Shown here: one piece after another, positions 1 through 9,600 of the stretch
Numbering within the stretch: position 1 is the stretch's first letter
Layout of the letters: each line of letters starts with the position of its first letter
DNA from: Anaerolineae bacterium
GTDB taxonomy: Bacteria; Chloroflexota; Anaerolineae; B4-G1; SLSP01
NCBI GenBank assembly: GCA_034433375.1
Contig: DAOUAQ010000116.1
Span: 16,442-80,441, forward strand
DNA length: 64,000 nucleotides
Direction: 5' to 3'
Notes under the pieces: model-generated
Told to the model about the DNA's origin: nothing
Databases searched by the model: none
What the model saw: only the letters and a program-made list of their open reading frames with translations
Position numbers and translations under genes: made by a program

Positions 1-837
1 ATCGTTGATAGAAGCGCCCGAGTTGTCCGTGAAGATGATGCGGATAGCAGTCTGTTGGGCAAGTCGGAACTGCCTTATAGCCGCTCTGCTATCACTTTGC
101 CGCTTCGTTCGCGCGGACAGATTCTCGGCGTCATCGAAGCGCACAGCTATCAACTCGATACTTTTGATGCGGAGAGTGTCATTGTTTTACAGACAATTGC
201 CGACCAGGTATCGGTAGCCGTTGATGGTTTACGCCTGTACGCCGAACGCCAGGAAGCAATGGAGAGTCTACAGCGCACCTACGGCGAAGCCACCCGCGCC
301 GCGTGGACTGCGCTATTGTTGGGCCGCGCCGCCGGAGCAGAAGGGTATCAGGTGGAGACCAAAGGTATGACCGCGTTGCCGCCCGCGCCGCCGGCTGCGT
401 GGCGCGCCGATGCCAGGGCGGCCTGGTCACAAGGGCGCGCCGTCGTAGATATGGAGGAGACCGGTGCAGCAGTTTTGGCGTTGCCGATTCGCTTGCGCGC
501 GGAGGTCATCGGTGTGGTTGATGTGAGCAAGCGCAAAGATGCCGGTGATTGGACGCCGGATGAGGTTTCCCAGCTAGAAGAACTCGTCGAGCAGTTGGGG
601 TTGACCCTGGAGAGTTCCCGGTTCTACCAGGAATCGCAACACGCCGCCGCGCGCGAACAACTCTTGCGTGAAATCTCGGAGCGCATTCGGGTTGCTGTTG
701 ACGTGGATTCGGTGATGCGCATTGCCGCCAAGGAAGTCGGGGACGTGCTGCAACGTCCTGTCTTCGTCTATATCGCGGATGAATCCGAAGGTTCAATGCC
801 TCCGGATCAGGTGCTGGGACCGGAAGCATGGTTATGA
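1..837 (+). CDS. 5'-truncated C-terminal part of a multi-GAF sensor protein; frame is open to the window edge
   Basis: Frame 1 is open from nt 1. GAF motifs 'LPYSRSAITLPLRSRGQILGVIEAHS' and 'VLQTIADQVSVAVDGLRLY' are present. It ends with the family tail 'AAREQLLREISERIRVAVDVDSVMRIAAKEVGDVL'. Confidence 0.7.
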   Translation: MVDRSARVVREDDADSSLLGKSELPYSRSAITLPLRSRGQILGVIEAHSYQLDTFDAESVIVLQTIADQVSVAVDGLRLYAERQEAMESLQRTYGEATRAAWTALLLGRAAGAEGYQVETKGMTALPPAPPAAWRADARAAWSQGRAVVDMEETGAAVLALPIRLRAEVIGVVDVSKRKDAGDWTPDEVSQLEELVEQLGLTLESSRFYQESQHAAAREQLLREISERIRVAVDVDSVMRIAAKEVGDVLQRPVFVYIADESEGSMPPDQVLGPEAWL

Positions 838-3704
838 AGGAAGATACAACGATGAGCGAAAACAACGAAATGGCCCGCTTGCTTGGCGCCGGGCAGCAGA
901 AAACCCGTCCCACGCTTGGTTTGCTCACGTATGGGCTTGTTGATACGATCAGTGAAGCGATGTGGCGCGGAGCGGAAGAGGCTGCGCGCGCGCATGACGT
1001 CAACCTGGTCTGCTTCTCCGGCGGCACACTGCGCGATTTTACCGGCGCTACGGTCTCCGCCAATGTGCTGTATGACTTTGTCAGCGCCGAACGTGTGGAT
1101 GGGCTGGTCATCTGGGTGGGGCTGCTGCACCATGTTGATCCCGAAACGGCCAGGGCTTTCTATCAACGCTATGCGCCTATTCCGCTGGTGAGCGTCGGAC
1201 TGCAACTCGAAGGCATCCCCACCGTGACGGTGGACAATTACGCGGGGATGTACAGTGCTGTAGAGCATCTGGTGGGGGGACACGGTTACTCTCGGATTGC
1301 CTTTATTCGCGGCCCCGAAGGCCATGAAGAGGCCGAGGAGCGTTATCTCGCTTATCGGGATGTTCTGGCAGCGCATGGCATTGCCTTTGACCCTGAACTG
1401 GTCACGCCGGGAAACAATCAGCGGTCAGGCGGGGTGAATGCGGTCAATCTATTGTTTGATGAACGGCGTTTGCGTCCGCAAGATGATGTCGAAGCGATTG
1501 TGGCCGCCAACGACAACATGGCTTTCGGCGCGGTGGAGGCGTTGCAGGCGCGGCAGGTTGCCGTCCCGCGCGAGGTCGCCGTGGTCGGCTTCGACGATTT
1601 TGCCGAGGGCCAATACGCGCTCCCCACGCTGACGACGGTTCCGTGGCCGGGATATGCCCAGGGGCGTCAGGCTGTCGAACTGTTAGTGGCGCTCCTGAGC
1701 CACGCCGACGTCCCCGCGTTGACGCGCGTTCCCACAACCGTGGTCATCCGCGAGTCGTGTGGCTGCCTGATCCCGGAGATGGTGCGGGCAGCGGAAGCGC
1801 CTGAACTGCGGCTTGCCGAACCGCGCGCGGCTGAGACTTTCGTCTCGGAGCGCGGTGCGCTGCTGGCCGAGATGACGCAGACCCTGGCGGCGCTTAAGGT
1901 TGACGACGCGCAGTTGGCCGGGCTGGTAGACGCTTTTATGGGCGAGATGGCCGTTTCTCCATCCAGGGGCTTTTTGCCGGCGCTGGAAGCGTTGTTGTGG
2001 CAGACTGTGATCGCGGGCGGCAATGTCAATGCCTGGCACGGCGTCGTATCTACTATGCGCCGCCATATTCTTCCTTATGTGCTGGACAACGGCGCGCGGT
2101 CTCGCGCGGAGAATCTCTGGCAGCAGGCCCGGACTATGATCAGCCATGAAGCGCAACGGGCGCAAGCGCGTCTGGGGTGGCAGGCAGAGAACCAGGCGAT
2201 GGCGCTGCGCTATTTTGCGCAAACATTGATCTCTGCCTCTGAATTGGATGATTTCGCCACCATGGTGCCGCAACAGATTCCATCCCTGGGAATCCCTGGC
2301 TGTTCCATTGCGCTGTTTGAAGACCCCGCAAAACCTGTCAACGCGCATTTGTTGGTGACCCGCGATGGAACGCGACCCCAGGCAGCATCCATTTTCCCCA
2401 CACGGTTGTTACTGCCGGACTCTGTGTGGAATCAGGAAAGCCGTTTCAGCTGTGTGCTCGAGGCGTTGTATATTCGGGAGGCGCAACTGGGGTACGTCCT
2501 TTTTGAAGCAGGGCCGCAGAATGGCAGCATTTACGTCACCCTGCGTGACCAAATTAGCAACGCCTTGCGCGGATTGCTGCTGGTGGAAGAGACCCGCCGC
2601 ACACAACTGGCGCTCCAAAAATCCTATGCCGAAGTGGAGCAACAAGTGGCGACGCGCACGGCTGAATTGCAGCGTGAAATCACCAGCCGCGAGAGCTTGT
2701 ATGAGCGCCGCGCCCTCCAGGTACAGACGAGCACGTTGATCTCCCAGGAAATCGCCGCCGCGCCGGCGTTGGATGAGTTATATCGCCGGGTGGTAACATT
2801 GGTCAAAGAACGCTTTGATTACTATCACGCGCAAATCTTCCGCTACGACCCGCAGTGGCACACCGTCCGCCTGGTCACCGGCTATGGTGAAGTGGGGCAG
2901 AAGATGCTTGAAGCCGGACATTCCATTGATGTGGGCATAGGTGTGGTGGGAACGGCGGCGGAGACCGGAGCAGCCGTCCTGGCAACCGATGTGACGCAGG
3001 ATAAGGAGTGGCGTCCTAATCCCAACTTGCCGGAGACCAAAGGCGAATTGGCGGTGCCCATCAAGTTGCGCGATCAGGTGTTTGGTATCCTGGATGTGCA
3101 GAGCAACCGCGCCAGGGCGCTCACCCTGGATGACCAACTGTTGTTGGAACAACTGTGCGGTCAAATCGCCATCGCTATTGAAAGCACACGCTTGCGCGAG
3201 GAGATGGAAGATCGTCTACAAATGTTGAACATGCTGCAAGCAGCTATGGCCCGCGAGGGGTGGGAGGTGCTGCGAGCCCAGCACCGCGGTCTCAAGGGCT
3301 ATGCGTATGATCAGGGTGTGGTGCAACCTTTGACTCAGGTTCCCTCCGGGGGATATACCGTTCCGGTTGCCGTGCAGCAGGATCAGGTCATCGGGCGCTT
3401 GGGCGTTCAAGAAGACCCGGCGCGGCCCCTCTCGTCAGAAGAACGCGCGCTCCTGGCATCCATATCAGAGCAGGTCGCGTCGTCCCTGGACAGAGCGCGC
3501 TTGTTCGAGGACACCCGCCGGAGCGCCGCGCGCGACCAGCTCATCGGTGAACTGAGCGCGCAGATGCGGGCTTCACTCGATGTTGAGCAAGTGCTGCAAA
3601 CTGCCGTGCGCGAAATGGTCAGCGCGTTGAACTTTGCCAGGGTGGAGGTGCGCCTGGGAACCGTGGAGGCCGAGGCGACTGCGGCGGAGGAGGTCGGCGC
3701 ATGA
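828..3704 (+). CDS. Cytoplasmic LacI/GalR-type PBP type-1 ligand-binding core (no HTH) fused to GAF domains and the family C-terminal tail
   Basis: 958-aa ORF. The N-terminus 'RPTLGLLTYGLVDTISEAMWRGAEEAARAHDVNLVCFSGG...VDNYAGMYSAVEHLVGGHGYSRIAFIRGPEGHEEAEERYLAYRDVL...VVGFDD' matches a LacI-family sugar-binding core. There is no signal peptide, TM segment or HTH. A GAF domain follows ('LVKERFDYYHAQIFRYD...NPNLPETKGELAVPIKLRDQVFGILDVQS'). The stop overlaps the next start (ATGA). Confidence 0.65.
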   Translation: MVMKEDTTMSENNEMARLLGAGQQKTRPTLGLLTYGLVDTISEAMWRGAEEAARAHDVNLVCFSGGTLRDFTGATVSANVLYDFVSAERVDGLVIWVGLLHHVDPETARAFYQRYAPIPLVSVGLQLEGIPTVTVDNYAGMYSAVEHLVGGHGYSRIAFIRGPEGHEEAEERYLAYRDVLAAHGIAFDPELVTPGNNQRSGGVNAVNLLFDERRLRPQDDVEAIVAANDNMAFGAVEALQARQVAVPREVAVVGFDDFAEGQYALPTLTTVPWPGYAQGRQAVELLVALLSHADVPALTRVPTTVVIRESCGCLIPEMVRAAEAPELRLAEPRAAETFVSERGALLAEMTQTLAALKVDDAQLAGLVDAFMGEMAVSPSRGFLPALEALLWQTVIAGGNVNAWHGVVSTMRRHILPYVLDNGARSRAENLWQQARTMISHEAQRAQARLGWQAENQAMALRYFAQTLISASELDDFATMVPQQIPSLGIPGCSIALFEDPAKPVNAHLLVTRDGTRPQAASIFPTRLLLPDSVWNQESRFSCVLEALYIREAQLGYVLFEAGPQNGSIYVTLRDQISNALRGLLLVEETRRTQLALQKSYAEVEQQVATRTAELQREITSRESLYERRALQVQTSTLISQEIAAAPALDELYRRVVTLVKERFDYYHAQIFRYDPQWHTVRLVTGYGEVGQKMLEAGHSIDVGIGVVGTAAETGAAVLATDVTQDKEWRPNPNLPETKGELAVPIKLRDQVFGILDVQSNRARALTLDDQLLLEQLCGQIAIAIESTRLREEMEDRLQMLNMLQAAMAREGWEVLRAQHRGLKGYAYDQGVVQPLTQVPSGGYTVPVAVQQDQVIGRLGVQEDPARPLSSEERALLASISEQVASSLDRARLFEDTRRSAARDQLIGELSAQMRASLDVEQVLQTAVREMVSALNFARVEVRLGTVEAEATAAEEVGA

Positions 3705-6655
3705 ACGCTCTGTTGACGAACGAGACTCTGCAAGGGCTGGCGTGGTTTGCCGGGTTGCTGGAGCTGGTCTTGGCTTTATATGTGCTGCTGCTTAACACCC
3801 GACACACGGCCAACCGTCACGTCAGCTTCCTGCTGTTCATCTTTGCCGTCAACAGCCTGGCCCTGGGCGCGTTGTTTGGCGCTACGCGTGTGGCGCAAGC
3901 TGTCCTGTCAACCCTGTTCTTGGCGGCGACTTCCGACCCGGCTAAAGTTGGCCTGCTCTTGACGGCCGTGATTCTGCTCAGCCCGCAATGGGTGCAGGGG
4001 CGCTGGCGCTGGCTAGGATGGCTATTGTATGGACTCGTCTTTTTACCGGTGGTTTTGACGGCTATTGATGCCGTCGGGCACACTGGCTTGTGGTACAGTG
4101 GCTTTGATGCAGCGAGTTATACCGGCGGCTACATCGCCGGTGGTTCTTACGAAGCAGGGCGGGTGGCGCACATCGTGCGGCCATTCTACGTGTATTTTCT
4201 CTCGTTATTGCCGTTTATACCGCCGCTGTGGGTCATTGCGCATCGGCAGACGCACCGCACGCTGCGCCAGTTAGCCTGGATGCTGTTGATTACACAGGTG
4301 ATCACCGTTGCTGTGCAGTTTGGGCTGCGTTCTTTCATCGGTTCGGGGGCAACGACCATTGTCACTTCAACCGCTTTTGCCTTGGGTTACGCCTACACCG
4401 CATTCCAGCAAATGCTTTCCGAACGCCGCGCCCAGCGCGGGCGCTTGCGGCCCCGTTTGACTGCGCTGACGTTGGTGATCGCCATTCCCATCCTGATCGC
4501 GCTCGTCGCCTTTATGCTCCTTCGCTCCTCCACGGTCATTGAAACTCAGACGGTCGAGACGTTGAGCGCGACCAACCGTCTGCTGGCGACCAGTACGCGA
4601 CAGTGGCTTGATTTCAACGTCAAAGCGTTGCGTCAATTGGTGATGCAGCCAGATATTCAGGGGATGGACGCTGTTCTACAAAAGCCGATCCTGGCAGCGA
4701 TGGATGCGGTTCACGAAAACATCTATCTGGTCAGCACGACCGATCTCAACGGTATGAATGTGGCGCGCAGTGATGACGCCGCGCTGACCGATTATAGCGA
4801 CCGTGCGTGGTTTCAGCAAGTACGGGACGGCGCTTCACTTGCGTATCAGGTCACGATCGGGCGTACAAGTGGAAAACCGGCGTTGATTGTCTCGCTGCCG
4901 ATTCTTGATCCGGCGGGGAATCTCGTCGGCGTCGGTATGTTTGCCTCCAACCTGGATCAACTGTCCAGCGAGATCGCCGTCACCCGTTTTGGGCAAACGG
5001 GCGTGACGTATGTGGTGGACGCGAAAGATCGCATTATCGCCCATCCCGACCCCGCGTTCTCTGCTTCTATCGTTGATATTCACGATTCCCCTGTGGCGCA
5101 GAAGTTGCGTGAGGGAGAGGCAAAGCAGTTCCGCTACATGGATGCTGCGGGCCGGCAGTGGCAGGCTTATGTGGATGTGTTGGACAACGGGTGGGGTATC
5201 ATCGCGCAGCAGGAATATGCGGAGTTGCGCAATCCACTTGAGCGCCTTGCCCGCATCGGCGTGCTCGCGTCGGTTCTGGGGGGGCTGTTGCTTGGCGGAT
5301 TGACCTTCTTGACGATGCGCCAGGCGCTTGCGCCCATTGATACCCTGACCGCAACCGTGACCGCGATTACGGAGGGCGATTTAACCCGCACTGCCCCGGT
5401 GGTGAGCGAGGACGAGTTCGGCGTTCTGGCGCGCACCTTCAACAGTATGACTGCGCAACTGCGTGAGTCCATTGACACGTTGGAGCAGCGTGTGGCTTCC
5501 CGCACCCTCGATCTGCAACGCCGTTCCGCCTATCTGGCAGCTTCGGCGGAGGTCAGCCGCGCGGCGGTCTCGATCTTGGACCCCGACGTGTTGATCCGCC
5601 AGGTGGTGGATTTGATCCGCGAGCGTTTTGATCTTTACTACGTCGGCCTGTTCCTGGTGGATGAAACGACGACCTGGGCCGAGTTGCGTTCCGGCACAGG
5701 CACGGCGGGGCAGGCCATGTTGGCGCGCCAGCACCGCATCCGCATCGGTGAAGGCATGATCGGGTGGAGCATCGCCAACGCCGAAGCGCGCGTCGCGTCG
5801 CGCGCCGAGGTTGACGAAGTGCGCCTCGTCAACCCGGAACTGCCGGATACGCGCTCTGAGGCAGCTTTGCCGTTGCGCTCGCGCGGGCAAGTGCTCGGCG
5901 CATTGTCCGTGCAGAGCACGCACCCAGACGCCTTCGATCCGGAGAGTGTGAGCGTGTTGCAGACGATGGTGGATCAGGTGGCGGTGGCCATTGACAACGC
6001 GCGCTTGCTGGCGCAGGCGCAGACCGCGCTGGAAGCAGAACGCCGCGCCTATGGCCTCGCTTCGCGCCAGGACTGGAGCCGCCTGGCCCGCGTCCGCGCC
6101 GAGTCGGGTTACATCGGTGTGCGCCAGGCCGTGGCTACAACCTCGGACGCCACGGAAGTGGCGCTGCTCGTGGCGCAGGGCGAATGGAGTCCCGAGATGC
6201 GCGTCGCGCAACGAACCCGGCAGAGCGTCACGGGGCAGCACGAGGGGATGCCGACGCTCGCCGTTCCTATTCTTGTGCGCGAGCAAGTGGTGGGCGTGTT
6301 GAATTTCAGCAAAAGTGAGCAGGCCACCGGTCTTACGCCAGGCGCGACCTGGACGCAGGAAGAAGTCACCCTCCTTGAGGCGCTCGCCGGGCAATTGGGG
6401 CAGGCGTTGGACGCCGCCCGGCTGTACCGCCAGACGCAGCTTCGCGCAGCCAGGGAAGGCGCTATCCGCGAAATCACGGATCAGATGCAGCGCGCGACGG
6501 ACATAACGGCGCTGATGCGCATCACAGCGCAAGCCTTGAATCAGACGCTCGGCGGTTCGCGCGTCTATGTGCGCCTGGGCGCTGATACGGGCGCCGGCAC
6601 GCGGACTGTCGCCAGTGAGCAGACGGATGGAGGAAACCATGGCGATGCGGAGTAA
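3701..6655 (+). CDS. Multi-TM membrane sensor: Cache-like periplasmic domain, HAMP, GAF domains and the family tail
   Basis: 984 aa. The N-terminal ~280 aa are hydrophobic. A Cache-like segment follows ('DRAWFQQVRDG...LIVSLPILDPAGNLVGVGMF...TYVVDAKDRIIAHPDP'), then HAMP ('TEGDLTRTAPVVSEDEFGVLARTFNSMTAQLRES'), then GAF ('LIRERFDLYYVGLFLVD...NPELPDTRSEAALPLRSRGQVLGALSVQS'). Confidence 0.7.
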   Translation: MNALLTNETLQGLAWFAGLLELVLALYVLLLNTRHTANRHVSFLLFIFAVNSLALGALFGATRVAQAVLSTLFLAATSDPAKVGLLLTAVILLSPQWVQGRWRWLGWLLYGLVFLPVVLTAIDAVGHTGLWYSGFDAASYTGGYIAGGSYEAGRVAHIVRPFYVYFLSLLPFIPPLWVIAHRQTHRTLRQLAWMLLITQVITVAVQFGLRSFIGSGATTIVTSTAFALGYAYTAFQQMLSERRAQRGRLRPRLTALTLVIAIPILIALVAFMLLRSSTVIETQTVETLSATNRLLATSTRQWLDFNVKALRQLVMQPDIQGMDAVLQKPILAAMDAVHENIYLVSTTDLNGMNVARSDDAALTDYSDRAWFQQVRDGASLAYQVTIGRTSGKPALIVSLPILDPAGNLVGVGMFASNLDQLSSEIAVTRFGQTGVTYVVDAKDRIIAHPDPAFSASIVDIHDSPVAQKLREGEAKQFRYMDAAGRQWQAYVDVLDNGWGIIAQQEYAELRNPLERLARIGVLASVLGGLLLGGLTFLTMRQALAPIDTLTATVTAITEGDLTRTAPVVSEDEFGVLARTFNSMTAQLRESIDTLEQRVASRTLDLQRRSAYLAASAEVSRAAVSILDPDVLIRQVVDLIRERFDLYYVGLFLVDETTTWAELRSGTGTAGQAMLARQHRIRIGEGMIGWSIANAEARVASRAEVDEVRLVNPELPDTRSEAALPLRSRGQVLGALSVQSTHPDAFDPESVSVLQTMVDQVAVAIDNARLLAQAQTALEAERRAYGLASRQDWSRLARVRAESGYIGVRQAVATTSDATEVALLVAQGEWSPEMRVAQRTRQSVTGQHEGMPTLAVPILVREQVVGVLNFSKSEQATGLTPGATWTQEEVTLLEALAGQLGQALDAARLYRQTQLRAAREGAIREITDQMQRATDITALMRITAQALNQTLGGSRVYVRLGADTGAGTRTVASEQTDGGNHGDAE

Positions 6656-9600
6656 GCGCGTGAAGAAGGCGCCGGCCGATACGGGAACATCTCGCCAGCA
6701 ACGGCCCACACTCGGCCTTTTCATTGACAGTTTGACGATGGGCTACCAGATTGCGCTGTTCCAGGGGGTTGACGCCCTGGCGCGCGAACGGGATGCCAAC
6801 CTACTGGTCTTTGTAGGAGGGGCGCTACCTCCCGCTGGATCACCCGCCCTTCTTGACAATGTGCTCTATGATCTACTGGGCGAAGACATCGTGGATGGGG
6901 TAATCCTATCCTCCGGGTCTGTAGGAACGGGAATCAGCCTCGGAGAAATGCAGGCGTTTTGCGAGCGTTTCCGTCCCCTGCCGCAGGCCAGCATCGCGTT
7001 GCCCTTGGCCGGCATACCGAGCGTGTTGATGGATAACTACGCGGGTATGCGCGCGGTGGTACAGCATCTCGTCGAAGTCCACGGCTACCGGCGCATTGCT
7101 TTCCTCCACAAACAAGAAGGCCACCCCGAAAACGACGCGCGTTACAACGCCTACGTTGATGTGTTAGCCGAACACGGCATCGCGGTTGACCCTGATCTGG
7201 TCATCCCTGGCGTTCACTACAACACCCCTGAAACCGGCTTGCGCTTGTTGTTTGATGAACGCCGGCTGCGACCGCGCATTGATGTCGAGGCGCTGGTAGC
7301 GGTTGATGATCGCGTGGGACTCCAGATATTGGACATCCTGCAAGCGCGCGGCGTCCGTGTGCCCGACGACGTGGCGTTGGTGGGATTTGATGATGTTGAG
7401 GATAGCCGGTACGTGACACCTTCTCTGACCACGGCGCGGCAACCGTTGCAGGCTCAGGGCCGCGGTGCGGCGGAATTGGTACTGGCGCAAATTCAGGGCG
7501 AGGCGGTGGCGCCACAGACAAGATTACAGGCCGATTTGGTCGTTCGCCGCTCCTGTGGCTGTTTGGATACGATTGTCCGGCAGGCGCACGTGGAACCGGT
7601 AGTGCGCGCGTCCGCGGATCCGGCTCTGCCCCTCGACGGAGCGTTGACGGCGCGCCGGGAAGACATCCTTGCCGATATAGTGGGAACCGTCGCCACCCGC
7701 GATGTGACTGACCATGCGCGCGCGCGCATCACCGAGCAAGTCGGGTGGCTTGTGGATGCTTTTGTCACCACGTTGAAGGCCATAGAAGCAGCCGTACCCT
7801 CGGAAATTTTCTTGTGGACACTGGATGAAATTCTACGGCAGACCGTGCTTGAGCAGCGCGACGTGACAGCGTGGCAAGATGGCCTCTCAGTGTTGCGCCG
7901 ACACGCCCTATCCTGCGCCTGCGCCGTCACGGTGCTTACCCAGGTTGAAAACCTGTTCCAGCAGGCGCGCGTGATGATCGGTGGGGCAGCGCAACAAGCG
8001 CAGGCCTCCCAACGGCTACAGGCCGGGCGACGTGACCAAACACTGCGCGAAGTGGGTCAGACTTTGATCACCGCAGCCAAAGTCGAAGAGTTGGCGGATG
8101 TGATCATCTCTGAGCTATCCAGATTGGATATTCCTAGCAGCTACCTTTCTCTCTACGTTGATCAACGCGCGCCCGCGACCGGCTCGAAGCTGCTGTTGGC
8201 TTATGACCGCGTCCGGGGCTTTGAGCAAAAATCAGCGATACATTTTCCCTCGCGCCAGCTCGTGCCAGAAGGATTCTTCCCAACAGACCGACGTTACAGC
8301 ATGGTGGTCATCCCCCTGTACTTCCTGAACGCGCAACTTGGACGCGCGCTCTTTGAAATTGGCCCCCGCGAGGGTTCGATCTACGATGCGCTGCGCGGAC
8401 AGATCAGCAGCGCCTTGCAGAATGTGCTACTCACCGAGCGGATGGCTGCCCGCGCCCTCCAACTGCAGACCGCCGCTGAAGTTGCGCGCGCCGCGAGTGG
8501 TATGCTTGATCCCGCTGCATTGGTGCAACAAGTGGTGACCCTGGTGCGCGAGCGGTTTCACCTCTATTATGCCGGCCTGTTCCTGGTGGAAGTGGATGCC
8601 GACAACCCCGAGCTGCAGTGGGCTGTATTGCGTGCGGGCACAGGCGAGGCTGGCGCGCAAATGGTGGCGCAAGGCCACCGGCTGTTGGTCGGCGGGACTT
8701 CGATGATCGGCTGGTGTGTCGCGCACCGTGAAGCGCGGGTGGCGTTGGACGTGGGCCTGGAGAAAGTCCGTCAACCCCATCCACTGCTGCCGGACACGCG
8801 CTCGGAACTGGCGTTGCCTTTGATCAGCCGTGGGCAGGTCATCGGCGCTTTAACGATTCAGAGTACTGTGCAAGCTGCCTTTAGCCAGGAAGACATCATT
8901 GTGCTGCAAACCCTGGCCGATCAGCTTGCCAATGCCATCGGGAACGCGCGACTGTATGAGGCGTTGGAATTCGAGCAGTACTTGATGGACACGCTGATGG
9001 ACAACACCCCCGATCATATCTACTTCAAAGATCGGGAGAGCCGGTTTATTCGCGCCAGTCGTTCGCAAACCGCACGCTTTGGTTTAGCCACTCCTCAGGA
9101 GATCGTTGGTAAGTCCGACTTCGATTTCTTCTCGGAGGCCCACGCCCGTCCTGCGTATGACGATGAGCAGCGCATTATCCGCACAGGCGAAGCGATGCCA
9201 GAAATCATGGAGCGGGAGACATGGCCCGATCAACCTGACACATGGGTTACTACGGTTAAGATGCCCATGCGCGACCGCGATGGCGCCATCATCGGCACTT
9301 TCGGCATTTCGCGGGATATCACGGAACGCAGACGCGCGGAGATACAGTTGGCTGCGGAACGCAACCTGCTGCGCACCCTCATTGACAACCTGCCGGACTA
9401 CATCTACATCAAGGATCGCCAGAGCCGCTTCCTGATTAACAACAGCGCGCACCTGCACGTGTTGGGCGCGAAGACGCAGGAAGAGGTGGCCGGAAAAACC
9501 GATTTCGACATCTTCCCCCCCGAACTGGCGATCCAGTACTACACCGACGAGCAGAAACTGATGGAGGCCGGTGAAACGTTGATTGACCGTGAAGAGCCGG

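Noticed and set aside
5381-6724. 447-aa ORF on the minus strand
   Set aside because: It is fully antisense to the Cache-HAMP-GAF gene 3701..6655 and the start of the next gene. It has a low-complexity Arg/Ala/Gly-rich translation typical of shadow ORFs in high-GC DNA. It has no recognisable motifs and no RBS context.
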